Positions 54,977 to 63,908 of a stretch of DNA of 64,000 nucleotides are shown here, piece after piece. The notes under the pieces are model-generated. The model saw only the letters and a program-made list of their open reading frames with translations. It ran no database searches and was not told where the DNA came from. Origin of the DNA: Acidimicrobiia bacterium (GTDB taxonomy: Bacteria; Actinomycetota; Acidimicrobiia; Spongiisociales; ZC4RG35); NCBI GenBank assembly GCA_050741975.1, contig JBOGET010000043.1, positions 14,935 to 78,934 on the forward strand. The letters are read 5' to 3'. The position numbers and the translations under genes were made by a program. The first letter of the stretch is position 1; each line of letters starts with the position of its first letter.

Positions 54977-55030
54977 CCAAACCGAAGCCGAGAGGCTCTC
55001 CTGAATCAACGACCTCTAGAAGAAGGACAT

Positions 55031-56083
55031 CTAGGCGAGGAACGCGGCCAGCCGGTCCGCCTCCTCCTCCAGCTCCCGCCGTGCGGCCTTCGGCAGCGGG
55101 GCGAACGGCTCGAGTTTCACGCGGGGCCCATCCTGTTTCCAGATGCCGGCTACCACCCCGCCAACCAGGAACGTCGTCAGGGATTGGGGGTTCCTTGTAT
55201 TGAACACCGTGCTCCGGTACTCCTCGGGCAGGATCTGGGTGCGACGGGCATGGGCGAGAAGGGTGGCGTCCCAGGTGGGGAGGAAGCGGACCGGCGCCGG
55301 CGTGTCCGGGCCCGGGATCGGCCGACGGGGGAGGTCGATCAGCTCACCGTCGTCGACATCCCGGAGAGATCGAAGACGCATTCGCTCGATCACCGGCCGA
55401 AGGGCGTTGATCGGCACCCCTGCCCAGTTCGAGATGTCACCGACTGTGGCCGGGCCGAACCCTCCCAGGTATCGCCTCACCAGATGCTCCATCGCCTCTT
55501 CCTCACCGACCGGGGTCATCGTCACCCAGTCATCGGCCAGCCCATAGAGTTCGGCCCGGCGTCGCTCCCAGGTGCCCGAGGGTGGCACCCGGACCAAGTC
55601 GACCCACAGTCCCACCCCTTCCCAGATGTCCTTGTCGAACCCGTTGTCGACGAGGATCTGGACCAGCTCGCCCCGCGGGCGTGGGCCAGCGGCCAAGGCG
55701 TCCTTCATCAACGAAGCCACCTTGTCATAGGCGGGCTCGTCGAGACTGCGGCTCCTCGCCACACGAGCCCACCACTCACGTCTCGATCGTCGCACTGCCG
55801 CGGTGAGGAGCGGATAGTCGCGGGCCGACACGATGTGGATGGTGGCCCGCATCAGGGTGGCCTGGATCACCTGGCCCCCCTCCAATGCCCGGGTGAGCTG
55901 TGGTCGCTGGAACCCTTCGAGACGGGACCAGAGCCCGATGTATGCCGAGGGGGCATATTGAGTCTGCAGACCTCCCACCTTCTCCACAGCCTGGGTGACT
56001 GTCAGCCTCGCTCTGCCGAGGAGGAGTTGGCGTGCGAGCAAGGCGCGGTTCAAGGTTCGGGTGTCGAGGACGGGCTGAGCCAT
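55031..56083 (-). CDS. Winged-helix DNA-binding protein of the AlkZ/YcaQ (crosslink-repair DNA glycosylase) family
   Basis: N-terminal LNRALLARQLLL...GGLQTQ...A......R and overall length are typical of the family. Confidence 0.7.
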   Translation of the reverse strand: MAQPVLDTRTLNRALLARQLLLGRARLTVTQAVEKVGGLQTQYAPSAYIGLWSRLEGFQRPQLTRALEGGQVIQATLMRATIHIVSARDYPLLTAAVRRSRREWWARVARSRSLDEPAYDKVASLMKDALAAGPRPRGELVQILVDNGFDKDIWEGVGLWVDLVRVPPSGTWERRRAELYGLADDWVTMTPVGEEEAMEHLVRRYLGGFGPATVGDISNWAGVPINALRPVIERMRLRSLRDVDDGELIDLPRRPIPGPDTPAPVRFLPTWDATLLAHARRTQILPEEYRSTVFNTRNPQSLTTFLVGGVVAGIWKQDGPRVKLEPFAPLPKAARRELEEEADRLAAFLA

Positions 56084-56257
56084 AGAGCGGCCAGGCTAAG
56101 CCGGAAAACAGGCGAACCAGGTGCGGGGTGGTGGCTCCGCACCTGGTTCTCAGGGAGGCTTCGATCGGGGGGAGCCGATCGGACCTGGCACTTGGTCTTG
56201 CTGCTGACCTGGATGTCGTCGCGAAGGGCAAAAACCTGCATAGGCCCCTGGACCTAT

Positions 56258-56282
56258 GAACGATGACAGAATCCGCCCGATG
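56258..56282 (+). promoter_or_regulatory. ECF-type promoter candidate (GAAC-N16-CGATG) upstream of the sigma gene
   Basis: gaac at 56258-56261 and cgatg at 56278-56282, 11 nt before GTG 56294. Confidence 0.3.
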
Positions 56283-56293
56283 CCGGACAGTGG

Positions 56294-56851
56294 GTGTTGG
56301 TGAGCTCCGAAGTCGAGCGGCGTGACCGCTTCGAGGCGATAGCCGCCGAGGTGTACGACCCGCTCCAGCGTTATCTGCGCCGCCGTGCCACCGCCGACGA
56401 GAGCGATGACCTGTTCGCCGACGTGCTGCTAACCGTCTGGCGCCGTCTCGACGACGTTCCACAGGACGCCGTCCTGCCTTGGTGCTACGGCGTGGCCCGA
56501 CGCACCCTCTCCAATCATCGTCGAACCGCCAAGCGCCACCTCAAACTCGTCGAACGTCTCGAGACGGAGAGAGAGCCGGCCCCGGGCGACGGCTCCGGCG
56601 ACTCGCTGCAGGACCCCGACCTGGCCCAAGCACTGGCCGTCCTGCCCGTCGCTGATCAGGAGATTCTCCGGCTCTGGGCCTGGGAGCAACTCGAGCCGCG
56701 GGAGATCGCCCAGGTCCTGGGCAGCACCGCCAACGCGGTCAGTCTCCGTCTCAGCCGGGCCAGGAAGAAGCTGGCCGCATCCCTGACCCGACAGGATCCC
56801 TCCAATCCCGGACACATAGGGGATAGAACCACCGAGGAGCATCAGCGATGA
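56294..56851 (+). CDS. ECF RNA polymerase sigma factor
   Basis: Region 2 (DDLFADVLLTVW, PWCYGVARRTLSNHRR) and region 4 (EPREIAQVLGSTANAVSLRLSRARKKL). Confidence 0.85.
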   Translation: MLVSSEVERRDRFEAIAAEVYDPLQRYLRRRATADESDDLFADVLLTVWRRLDDVPQDAVLPWCYGVARRTLSNHRRTAKRHLKLVERLETEREPAPGDGSGDSLQDPDLAQALAVLPVADQEILRLWAWEQLEPREIAQVLGSTANAVSLRLSRARKKLAASLTRQDPSNPGHIGDRTTEEHQR

Positions 56852-57459
56852 CAGACCAGCTACGTGAACGGCTAGCTCGTCTCGACCCGATGCCCCCCGG
56901 CGTGAGCACCGAATCAATGACGACCCCGTCGTCCCGAACCCTGTTGGAGGACATCATGAGCACACCGGTCACCGAGAAGCCCGAGACCGGCCGGGAATCG
57001 AAACCAAACCGCTGGCTGGTCGGAGTGGCGGCCGCCGTCATCCTGGTGGTTGCCGTTGGCGGCGCCATCACCCTCACCGGTGGGGGGACCGGTGGCGACA
57101 CGGTGGCGTCGACCCCACCATTGGTCCTGAATGCCGGGGGAGAGGACTCGACGGCGATGTGCATCCAGTTCAGCATCGATGAGCTGGCCAAGGCGCCCAT
57201 CGCCTTCGAAGGCACCGTCTCGGCGGTGGAGGGGGAGACTGTGACACTCGACGTCGACCAGTGGTTCAAGGGCGGCGACGCGGCCCAGGTGGTGCTCAAC
57301 GCTCCCCAGGGGCTGGAGGCGTTGATCGCCGGGATCCCCTTCGAGGTCGGCGCGCAGTACCTCATCACCGCCTACGACGGGAACGTCAACTACTGCGGGT
57401 TCAGCGGCCCCTCGACCCCTGAGATGAGGGCTGCCTTCGAGCAGGCCTTCGGAGCCTGA
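56848..57459 (+). CDS. Single-pass membrane protein, putative anti-sigma partner
   Basis: ATGA overlap with the sigma gene. TM helix WLVGVAAAVILVVAVGGAI. Confidence 0.5.
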   Translation: MTDQLRERLARLDPMPPGVSTESMTTPSSRTLLEDIMSTPVTEKPETGRESKPNRWLVGVAAAVILVVAVGGAITLTGGGTGGDTVASTPPLVLNAGGEDSTAMCIQFSIDELAKAPIAFEGTVSAVEGETVTLDVDQWFKGGDAAQVVLNAPQGLEALIAGIPFEVGAQYLITAYDGNVNYCGFSGPSTPEMRAAFEQAFGA

Positions 57460-57554
57460 CTTCCTGCTCGAGCCATGAAGTGGAGAGGTCGGTGAGGACC
57501 TCTCCCTTCCATGTCTTGACTAAGCCGGCACCCACTCCCATACTGGACCGCCAG

Positions 57555-57599
57555 ATGACAAGGACGACAGAGCCGAGCGCGCGCATCATCATTTCCTAG
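57555..57599 (+). CDS. Candidate leader peptide MTRTTEPSARIIIS (three consecutive Ile codons)
   Basis: ATG 57555 to TAG 57597-57599, with atc atc att at 57585-57593. Lies 76 nt upstream of cimA and is followed by two hairpins. Confidence 0.5.
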   Translation: MTRTTEPSARIIIS

Positions 57600-57635
57600 G
57601 GGCTAGCGCCTCTCACCAGGCGCCGCCCCTGTCCC

Positions 57636-57665
57636 GACCTCCGCACACCGCGGGGGTCTTTTATT
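57636..57665 (+). terminator. Attenuator-type terminator hairpin upstream of cimA
   Basis: gacctccgc-acacc-gcgggggtc (9-bp stem including one G-U pair), then ttttatt, ending 10 nt before ATG 57675. An upstream hairpin lies at 57599-57629 (ggggc..gcgcc-loop-ggcgc.gcccc). Confidence 0.55.
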
Positions 57666-57674
57666 GCCAGGACG

Positions 57675-59240
57675 ATGACCATGAACCAGACAGCCGAGAT
57701 CTACGACACGACCCTTCGCGACGGAACCCAGGCCGAGGGCCTTTCGCCCACCGTTGGCGAGAAGCTCAGGGTGGTCCGGCTCCTCGATGAGCTCGGGGTC
57801 CATTTCATCGAAGGGGGCTGGCCCGGGGCCAATCCCAAGGACGACGAGTTCTTCGCCAGGGCCAGGCAGGAGCTCGACCTGGACCGATCGACACTGGTGG
57901 CCTTCGGCTCCACCCGGCGACCCCGAGGATCGGTGGAGAAGGACGCCCAGCTCCAGGCCCTGCTCGCCGCCGACACCGATTTCGTCTGCATCGTGGGCAA
58001 GTCCTGGGACCGGCACGTCACCGACGCCCTCAACACGTCGCTCGAGGAGGGTCTGGCCATGGCCGGCGAGTCCATCGAGTTCCTCCGGGCACGGGGGAAG
58101 CGGGTCTTCTTCGACGCCGAGCACTTCTTCGACGGCTTCCGCAACAACCCGGGCTACGCCCTGTCCGTGGTCGAGACCGCGGCTCGAGCCGGCGCGGAGC
58201 GGGTGGTGCTCTGTGATACCAACGGCGGCGCCCTTCCCTCCGACATCGCCCCTGCGATCGCGAGCGTTTCTGCCCGTGTCGACGCCGTCATGGGCGTGCA
58301 CTTCCACAACGACTCCGATTGCGCAGTGGCCAACTCGCTGACCGCTCTCTCCCTCGGGGTACTCCAGGTCCAGGGTTGCGTGAACGGGTACGGGGAGCGG
58401 ACCGGCAACGCCGATCTGTGCTCGGTGATCCCCAACCTCAGTCTCAAATCGGGCGTGGAGACGATCCCGGCCGAGTCGCTGGCCCGGCTCTATCCCATCG
58501 CCCAGCAGATCGCCGACATCCTCGGTGCCCCCATCGACTCCCGCCGCCCCTACGTCGGCACCTCCGCCTTCGCCCACAAGGCGGGGCTTCACACGTCGGG
58601 TTTGGCCCGGCTCGAGGGCGCCTACGAGCACGTCAGCCCGGGCGCAGTCGGCAACTCGGCCCGGATGTTGTTCAGCGAGCTGATGGGAAGGGCCACGGTG
58701 CTGACGGTGGCCGAGGAGAAAGGGTGGGACCTCGACCCCGACCGGGCCCAGATGCTGGTGGACAAGGTCAAGGAGCTGGAGCATGCCGGTTACCAGTTCG
58801 AGGCAGCCGACGGATCGTTCGAGATGCTGGTGCGCCGGGCCACCGAGGCCTACGAGGAGCTCTTCGAGCTGGAGTCACTCTCGGTTCAGATCCAGGCCAA
58901 CGGTGAGGTGACCGCCAAGGCGAATCTCGAGGTGAGGGTCGGGGACCAGGTGGTCGAGGTATCGGCAGAGGGCGACGGCCCGGTCAACGCCATGGATCAG
59001 GCCCTACGTAAGGCCCTCGGCGATCTGTACCCCGATGTGAGGCGATTGCGGCTCACCGATTACAAGGTGCGAGACCTCGACTCCTCCGATGGGACCGCGG
59101 CCCGGGTCCGGGTCCTTATCGAGACCACCAACGGCGAGTCGAGCTGGGGCACGGTCGGTGTCCACCAGAACATCATCGAGGCCTCGTGGCAGGCCCTGAG
59201 CGAGGGGATCCTGGTCGGCTTGCTCCGGGCCGGTGCTTGA
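57675..59240 (+). CDS. cimA: Citramalate synthase (LeuA/HCS family, ~520-aa class)
   Basis: YDTTLRDGTQ, IEGGWPGANPKD, HFHND and a C-terminal LeuA-dimer-like domain. Length and N-terminus fit the cimA-type class rather than long actinobacterial LeuA. Confidence 0.8.
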   Translation: MTMNQTAEIYDTTLRDGTQAEGLSPTVGEKLRVVRLLDELGVHFIEGGWPGANPKDDEFFARARQELDLDRSTLVAFGSTRRPRGSVEKDAQLQALLAADTDFVCIVGKSWDRHVTDALNTSLEEGLAMAGESIEFLRARGKRVFFDAEHFFDGFRNNPGYALSVVETAARAGAERVVLCDTNGGALPSDIAPAIASVSARVDAVMGVHFHNDSDCAVANSLTALSLGVLQVQGCVNGYGERTGNADLCSVIPNLSLKSGVETIPAESLARLYPIAQQIADILGAPIDSRRPYVGTSAFAHKAGLHTSGLARLEGAYEHVSPGAVGNSARMLFSELMGRATVLTVAEEKGWDLDPDRAQMLVDKVKELEHAGYQFEAADGSFEMLVRRATEAYEELFELESLSVQIQANGEVTAKANLEVRVGDQVVEVSAEGDGPVNAMDQALRKALGDLYPDVRRLRLTDYKVRDLDSSDGTAARVRVLIETTNGESSWGTVGVHQNIIEASWQALSEGILVGLLRAGA

Positions 59241-59244
59241 CACT

Positions 59245-59585
59245 TCAGACCTCGACGATTGTCACCGTTCCCTTCATCCCCGAGTGCAGGGTGCATACGT
59301 AGGGGTAGCTCCCGGCCTCGTCGAAGGTGTGGCTGAAGGTACCCTCGCTCTGCACCTCGCTCTTGAACCCGTCGCCGGAGACGTCGTGGGGCATGACGTC
59401 CTCCCAGACCCAGGTAGCGGTGTCGCCCTCCTCAATGGTGACGTGGTCCGAGTTGAAACGCATGTCCTCGATGGTGACGGTCGGGCTCTCACTGACAGGC
59501 GGCGGGGCCGATGGCGTGTTGTCGACGCAGGCGGCGAGGCGAGGGCCAGTGCCCCCAACCAGGTGAATGTCTTGTTGCGTCTCAT
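59245..59585 (-). pseudogene. Cupredoxin (plastocyanin/halocyanin-like) lipoprotein with an apparent 1-nt frameshift after the signal peptide
   Basis: Type-1 Cu ligand pattern (H..V...., YVCTLHSGM) in ORF 59245..59463, whose frame continues upstream as LAACVDNTPSAPPPVSESPTVTIED. The signal peptide MRRNKTFTWLGALALA starts at ATG 59585 in a different frame. One extra base near 59536-59545 would join them. Confidence 0.6.
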
Positions 59586-59823
59586 GCCGCCAACGTATGG
59601 AGAATCGGATGGGTGCACATCGGCCCGGGGGAGATACATGACTGCAACCAGGGAAGTAGTCGCTCAGCTCTCCTACCCGGTCTCACCAGCCCGGTCTTGA
59701 GGCTCGCTTCCACCACTGGCTGGTGACGGCGGTTTCCATGGCCCAAAACCGTAGGAGAGGATTCGGGCTCCGTCATCCACCGGCAGCGGTATCGGCGGCT
59801 ACGACGGCGGGGGTAGGCGGAGG

Positions 59824-60213
59824 CTAACCCAGCAGGAACTCGACCAGTGCGTCCAGTTCTTCGGTGTCGAGCGGGAGGGTCGGCATCTGCGGGCCGTATC
59901 CCTCGACGATGAAGGCCTGGGGGTCGAGGACCGACTGGCGGACGTAGGCCTCCGCATCGAGGCCCTCGACTCGAGCTCCTGCCCTGTCGGCAAGACCGGT
60001 CAGATTGGGCCCGATCTGGGCGGTCTCGGATACTCCGTCCCGACTGTGACAACCGGTGCATCCCTTGGTCATCAACACCGTGCGGCCGTCAACCGCCTCG
60101 GATGCCGCCGACTGACCGGAGGTGGGATCGATGGCGTACACCGCAATCGTAGCCCCGACAAGCAGGGCCACGATTGCGGAAGTGACCAGCAGACCGAGTC
60201 GGTCAGACCACAT
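59824..60213 (-). CDS. Membrane-anchored c-type cytochrome
   Basis: N-terminal TM helix, haem-binding CTGCH, and a distal Met (GPQMP). Confidence 0.8.
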   Translation of the reverse strand: MWSDRLGLLVTSAIVALLVGATIAVYAIDPTSGQSAASEAVDGRTVLMTKGCTGCHSRDGVSETAQIGPNLTGLADRAGARVEGLDAEAYVRQSVLDPQAFIVEGYGPQMPTLPLDTEELDALVEFLLG

Positions 60214-60715
60214 CGGTGGCCGGATGCGAGCTCGGCTCGAGGCGGGCCTTCGACACCAGCTGACTCACCAATAGGAAGACCGCCAGCACGGTGGCAATCG
60301 GCAGCCAGATCCGTAGCGGGGCGAGCAGGTCCGAGGATTGCGGGGCCGACGCCGGCGTCACCGACAGCGAGCCCAGCGTCTGCAGCACAGTCGTGCCGCT
60401 CACCACCTCCCAGCGCCACTCACCGGCCTCGGGAAGGGTGACTTCGGCCGTCCATCGGCCTTTCTCGAGGGACACGCCGGAGAATGTCAGGCTTTCTCCA
60501 TCGGGGCCTTGGAAGCGAATCGCGGTCGCTCCGAGATCCATCGGCTCCTTGCCGTGGGCCAGGATCGAGTAGTCGAGTGTGTACGGGGTGCCGGCCTGGA
60601 ACTCCGTTGGGACCTCGCCGAAGGTGACCACCGGGATCGACCCGGCGACCGCCATCGAGGCCATCGACAGGACCAACATGGCCGTCGTGACCACGATTAG
60701 AAGCGAGCGCTTCAT
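60203..60715 (-). CDS. Exported protein with a C-terminal TM anchor, unknown function
   Basis: Start at ATG 60715 after aaggag (MKRSLLIVVTTAMLVLSMASMAVA signal). Beta-rich domain and C-terminal helix IWLPIATVLAVFLLV. Overlaps the cytochrome c start. Confidence 0.5.
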   Translation of the reverse strand: MKRSLLIVVTTAMLVLSMASMAVAGSIPVVTFGEVPTEFQAGTPYTLDYSILAHGKEPMDLGATAIRFQGPDGESLTFSGVSLEKGRWTAEVTLPEAGEWRWEVVSGTTVLQTLGSLSVTPASAPQSSDLLAPLRIWLPIATVLAVFLLVSQLVSKARLEPSSHPATDVV

Positions 60716-60815
60716 AAGGGTCTCCTTTTCTCCTCTGTCACCTTCCATACACCGCCCGGACGCGCCGGGTTCCGTCAGACTCGAGGGAACCGAACCGGCC
60801 TGGCCGGTGTAGGAA

Positions 60816-61406
60816 GTGCGAGGAATGTCGGTGGAGGGCCGCCCACTGATCGAGCAAGACCTGATCCTGAGAGCGAGGAGTGGCGACGTCGCGGCGTTCG
60901 AGGAGTTGGTGCGGGCCCATGAGAGGATCGCGATGCGGGTGGCCTACCTCGTGGTCGGGGACCGAACCATGGCCGAGGACGTGACCCAGGAGGCTTTTGT
61001 GAAGGCTCATCACGCCCTGTCCCGATTCAGGGAAGACGCCTCGTTCCGACCCTGGCTCCTACGCATCGTGCGCAACGAGGCGCTCAACCAGAGACGTCGT
61101 CTTGGACGCCAGGACCGACTCAGCCTGCGCCTGGCCAGTGACCCCGTCTCGGGAGGTGCGGCCCCATCTCCCGAGACGACGGTCATCTCGGTGATGCAGA
61201 GGCAGGAGGTTCTGGCCGCCGTCAACGAACTGCCGGACCGATACCGGCAGGTGGTGGCGCACCGCTATCTGCTCGGGCTCTCGGAGGCGGAGACCGCGGC
61301 TACGTTGGGCATCCCGGCGGGGACGGTCAAGTCCCGCACCGCCCGGGCGCTGCGACGTCTCGAACGATCGCTGTCCGGATTGATCGAAGGGCTGGGCGAT
61401 GAGTAG
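60816..61406 (+). CDS. ECF RNA polymerase sigma factor
   Basis: Region 2 (AEDVTQEAFVKA, RPWLLRIVRNEALN) and region 4 (LSEAETAATLGIPAGTVKSRTARALRRL). GGGAAC at 60785-60790 lies upstream. Confidence 0.85.
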   Translation: MRGMSVEGRPLIEQDLILRARSGDVAAFEELVRAHERIAMRVAYLVVGDRTMAEDVTQEAFVKAHHALSRFREDASFRPWLLRIVRNEALNQRRRLGRQDRLSLRLASDPVSGGAAPSPETTVISVMQRQEVLAAVNELPDRYRQVVAHRYLLGLSEAETAATLGIPAGTVKSRTARALRRLERSLSGLIEGLGDE

Positions 61407-62175
61407 GGACGACGCGACAATCGAGCAGCTATTGACCGAACTGGCCGATCACATCGACTGGCCCCAGCCACCGGACCTGGACCTGCGAGTGCGTCGTCGT
61501 CTCGCCCATCCTCACGACAGGCGCAGACGGATCCGATGGATCCCGGTGACCGCCGTTCTGGTGATACTGGTGGCTTCGTTGCTGATCTTGTCACCGGGGG
61601 CCCGCCAGGCAGTGGCCGATCTCCTCGGAGTGGCCGGGATCGAGATCCGCTTCCTCTCCGAGATCGGCGAGCCGGTGGGAGCAGAGCTCGATCTGGGCGA
61701 GCCGGTCAGTATGGACGATGCGGCCGAATCGATTGGTTTTCCATTGTCCAGCCCCGAGAGTGTGGGGGAACCGGATGACGTGTATCTCTCCGATCGGATC
61801 ACAGGCGGTGTGGTGACCATGGTGTGGGAGGGGGAGGAGACCCTTCCGGCGGCGGGTGACACCGATGTCGGGCTGCTCTACGGTCAATTCGACTCGGACC
61901 TGGATGGCGAGCGGTTCGTGAAAGGGCTCGGTCCCGACACCGGAGTGGTTCCCGTGGTGGTGGCCGGATCGGCCGGGTTCTGGATCGAAGGCGCCCCACA
62001 CCTGATCGCCTATGTGGACGGGTCTGGACGTCGGGTGGAGGAGACCACACGGCTGGCCGGGAATGTCCTGGTGTGGGAGCGGGTCGGGGTGACCCATCGC
62101 ATCGAGACCACACAGGGGTTGCCGGAGGCCCTCCGCATCGCCGAATCGGTGGCGCCCGTCTCGGATCCGGGCTGA
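61399..62175 (+). CDS. Single-pass anti-sigma-like protein with a DUF4367-like extracytoplasmic domain
   Basis: Overlaps the sigma gene by 8 nt. TM helix WIPVTAVLVILVASLLIL. C-terminal G.W.EG....L.W...GV...I......EALRIAESV pattern. Confidence 0.55.
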   Translation: MSRDDATIEQLLTELADHIDWPQPPDLDLRVRRRLAHPHDRRRRIRWIPVTAVLVILVASLLILSPGARQAVADLLGVAGIEIRFLSEIGEPVGAELDLGEPVSMDDAAESIGFPLSSPESVGEPDDVYLSDRITGGVVTMVWEGEETLPAAGDTDVGLLYGQFDSDLDGERFVKGLGPDTGVVPVVVAGSAGFWIEGAPHLIAYVDGSGRRVEETTRLAGNVLVWERVGVTHRIETTQGLPEALRIAESVAPVSDPG

Positions 62176-62260
62176 GCAGGGCCAACCGCTTCGGTTTGAT
62201 TTAGTCGTCGACCGGCGCGACCATGTGCCTTGTCCCCCTTTTCGGATCTGAGGTTTTTGC

Positions 62261-62350
62261 ATGGGATCGTTGATCAAGAAACGTCGCAAGAAGATGTCGA
62301 AGCACAAATACCGCAAGCGTCTCAAGGCGAATCGCCACAAGCGGAAGTGA
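62261..62350 (+). CDS. 30S ribosomal protein bS22 (actinobacterial small basic protein)
   Basis: 29-aa ORF MGSLIKKRRKKMSKHKYRKRLKANRHKRK, below the track cutoff, followed by a strong terminator. Confidence 0.85.
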   Translation: MGSLIKKRRKKMSKHKYRKRLKANRHKRK

Positions 62351-62356
62351 CTTCGT

Positions 62357-62391
62357 GAAGGAGGGACCGGCCGTTGGCCGGTCCCTCCTTC
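62357..62391. terminator. Perfect 16-bp hairpin between bS22 (+) and the convergent membrane gene (-)
   Basis: gaaggagggaccggcc-gtt-ggccggtccctccttc. Confidence 0.75.
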
Positions 62392-62413
62392 ATGGGGAAT
62401 TGGCCTGAACCCC

Positions 62414-62788
62414 CTACAGCGCCACTGCCAGCGCCAGGATGACCAGGGCCAGGACGAGGATCGTGGCCTGGATCAGGCCTCGGGTGGAAGGAGCCTGGGT
62501 GCGGGCGCCCAGCGTGTGCCATAGGGCGAGCATGATCGAGGCCAGGACCAAGGAAACCTTGATCAGCAGCAACCCGGTCCAGCCATAGCCGGCAGCCAGG
62601 ATGAGACCGGTCACCACCAGCACCGCCACAGCCACCCATGACACCGCTCCGAACCTGCGTGCTATGGCGCCGATCAGGGCGCGATCGTCGGCGACCCGCC
62701 TAACCGCGCTAACGATGATGCCAAGGGTTATGAGGCCACCCACCCAGACGGTCGCAGCGAGCAGGTGCAGGTAGAAGACGACGCCCAT
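62414..62788 (-). CDS. Small four-TM membrane protein (CopD-like / DUF2269-like)
   Basis: N-terminus HLLAATVWVGGL is typical of CopD-type helices. Four hydrophobic segments. Confidence 0.45.
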   Translation of the reverse strand: MGVVFYLHLLAATVWVGGLITLGIIVSAVRRVADDRALIGAIARRFGAVSWVAVAVLVVTGLILAAGYGWTGLLLIKVSLVLASIMLALWHTLGARTQAPSTRGLIQATILVLALVILALAVAL

Positions 62789-62794
62789 CGGGCT

Positions 62795-63616
62795 CTACTG
62801 CCCGCGCAGGTACTTCTCGATCTCCTCGACGAGACGGTCGCCCCGGTCGTCGTCGGCTTCCTGCTCCAGCCGTTCGACGTACTCCTCCAGCTCGGTGTTG
62901 CCTTCGATGGCCGCATCCACCGTCGACAGGAACTGCCGCGAGGCCAGGGCCAACTCGCCGATGTCGAGCGTCACCCCGCACAGCTCCGAAGCCTTGATGG
63001 CTAGAGCCTCGGTGGCCGGGGGGTACTCCTGGTTGGAGAGGTAGTGGGGCACCGCGGCCCACACCGAGATGACGTCGATCCCGGCGTTGCCCAGGGCGTG
63101 GTTGAGGACGCCGAGGATCCCCGTCGGGCCCTCGTAGCCGGACGGGAGCAGCCCGTGGATGGCCAGATCGTCGGGTCGGTTGGCCGAGCCGACCAGGGGA
63201 ACGGGGAGGGTGTGCGCCACCTGGCCGATGAAGGCGCCCATGGTCACTGCCCGACTCACCCCCATCACCTTCATGACCTCGACGACGTCGTTGGTGAACG
63301 ACTTCCATCGATAGTGGGGCTCCTCGCCGAGAAGGATCACCATGTCCCGCTCCGTACCCCGGCCCGCGTACAGCTCGTTGCGGGGCCAGGCGATGGAGCG
63401 GATGCCGGTGGCGTCGAGCTCGACGATGGGACGGCGCACCTGAAAATCGAAGTGGTCGTCCGGGTCGATGATGGCGAACAGCTCGGCCTCGAGCTTGTCC
63501 AGGAACTCGGAGACGGCCTGGCTCGCCGACTCCCCGGCGTCACCCCATCCCTCGAAGGCGATGAGCGCAACCGGGTCCTGGAGGACTGGCCGATCGAGCC
63601 ATTGCAGCGAGCCCAT
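62795..63616 (-). CDS. PAC2 (proteasome assembly chaperone-like) family protein
   Basis: Actinobacterial PAC2-type layout (P.L..AFEGW.DAG......, MGAFIG.VAHT.P) with an acidic C-terminus. Confidence 0.75.
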   Translation of the reverse strand: MGSLQWLDRPVLQDPVALIAFEGWGDAGESASQAVSEFLDKLEAELFAIIDPDDHFDFQVRRPIVELDATGIRSIAWPRNELYAGRGTERDMVILLGEEPHYRWKSFTNDVVEVMKVMGVSRAVTMGAFIGQVAHTLPVPLVGSANRPDDLAIHGLLPSGYEGPTGILGVLNHALGNAGIDVISVWAAVPHYLSNQEYPPATEALAIKASELCGVTLDIGELALASRQFLSTVDAAIEGNTELEEYVERLEQEADDDRGDRLVEEIEKYLRGQ

Positions 63617-63698
63617 GACTCCAAACTACTCCGCGGCTCCAGGTAGCCGTCAATCCGACGTGGGGCCGAACCGGCGGCTGCGATCGGGATGGCCGATG

Positions 63699-63908
63699 TC
63701 AGCCGAATACGAGGTAGCCCTGCTCCTCGATGGTCCGCTTGATTTGGCTCAGCTCGACCCGGGCGTCGTCATATGAGACTCGCACCGTGGCGTCGGCGAT
63801 GGCCACCTTTACCGAATCCACCCCATCGAGGGCACCCACTGCGCCTTCGATGCTGATCTTGCAGTTGTCGCAGTGGATCTCGGGCGCCTGGAGAAGCGCA
63901 TCTGTCAT
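63699..63908 (-). CDS. Heavy-metal-associated (HMA) domain protein, CopZ-like
   Basis: Ferredoxin-like HMA pattern with metal site HCDNC in place of MxCxxC. Confidence 0.7.
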   Translation of the reverse strand: MTDALLQAPEIHCDNCKISIEGAVGALDGVDSVKVAIADATVRVSYDDARVELSQIKRTIEEQGYLVFG

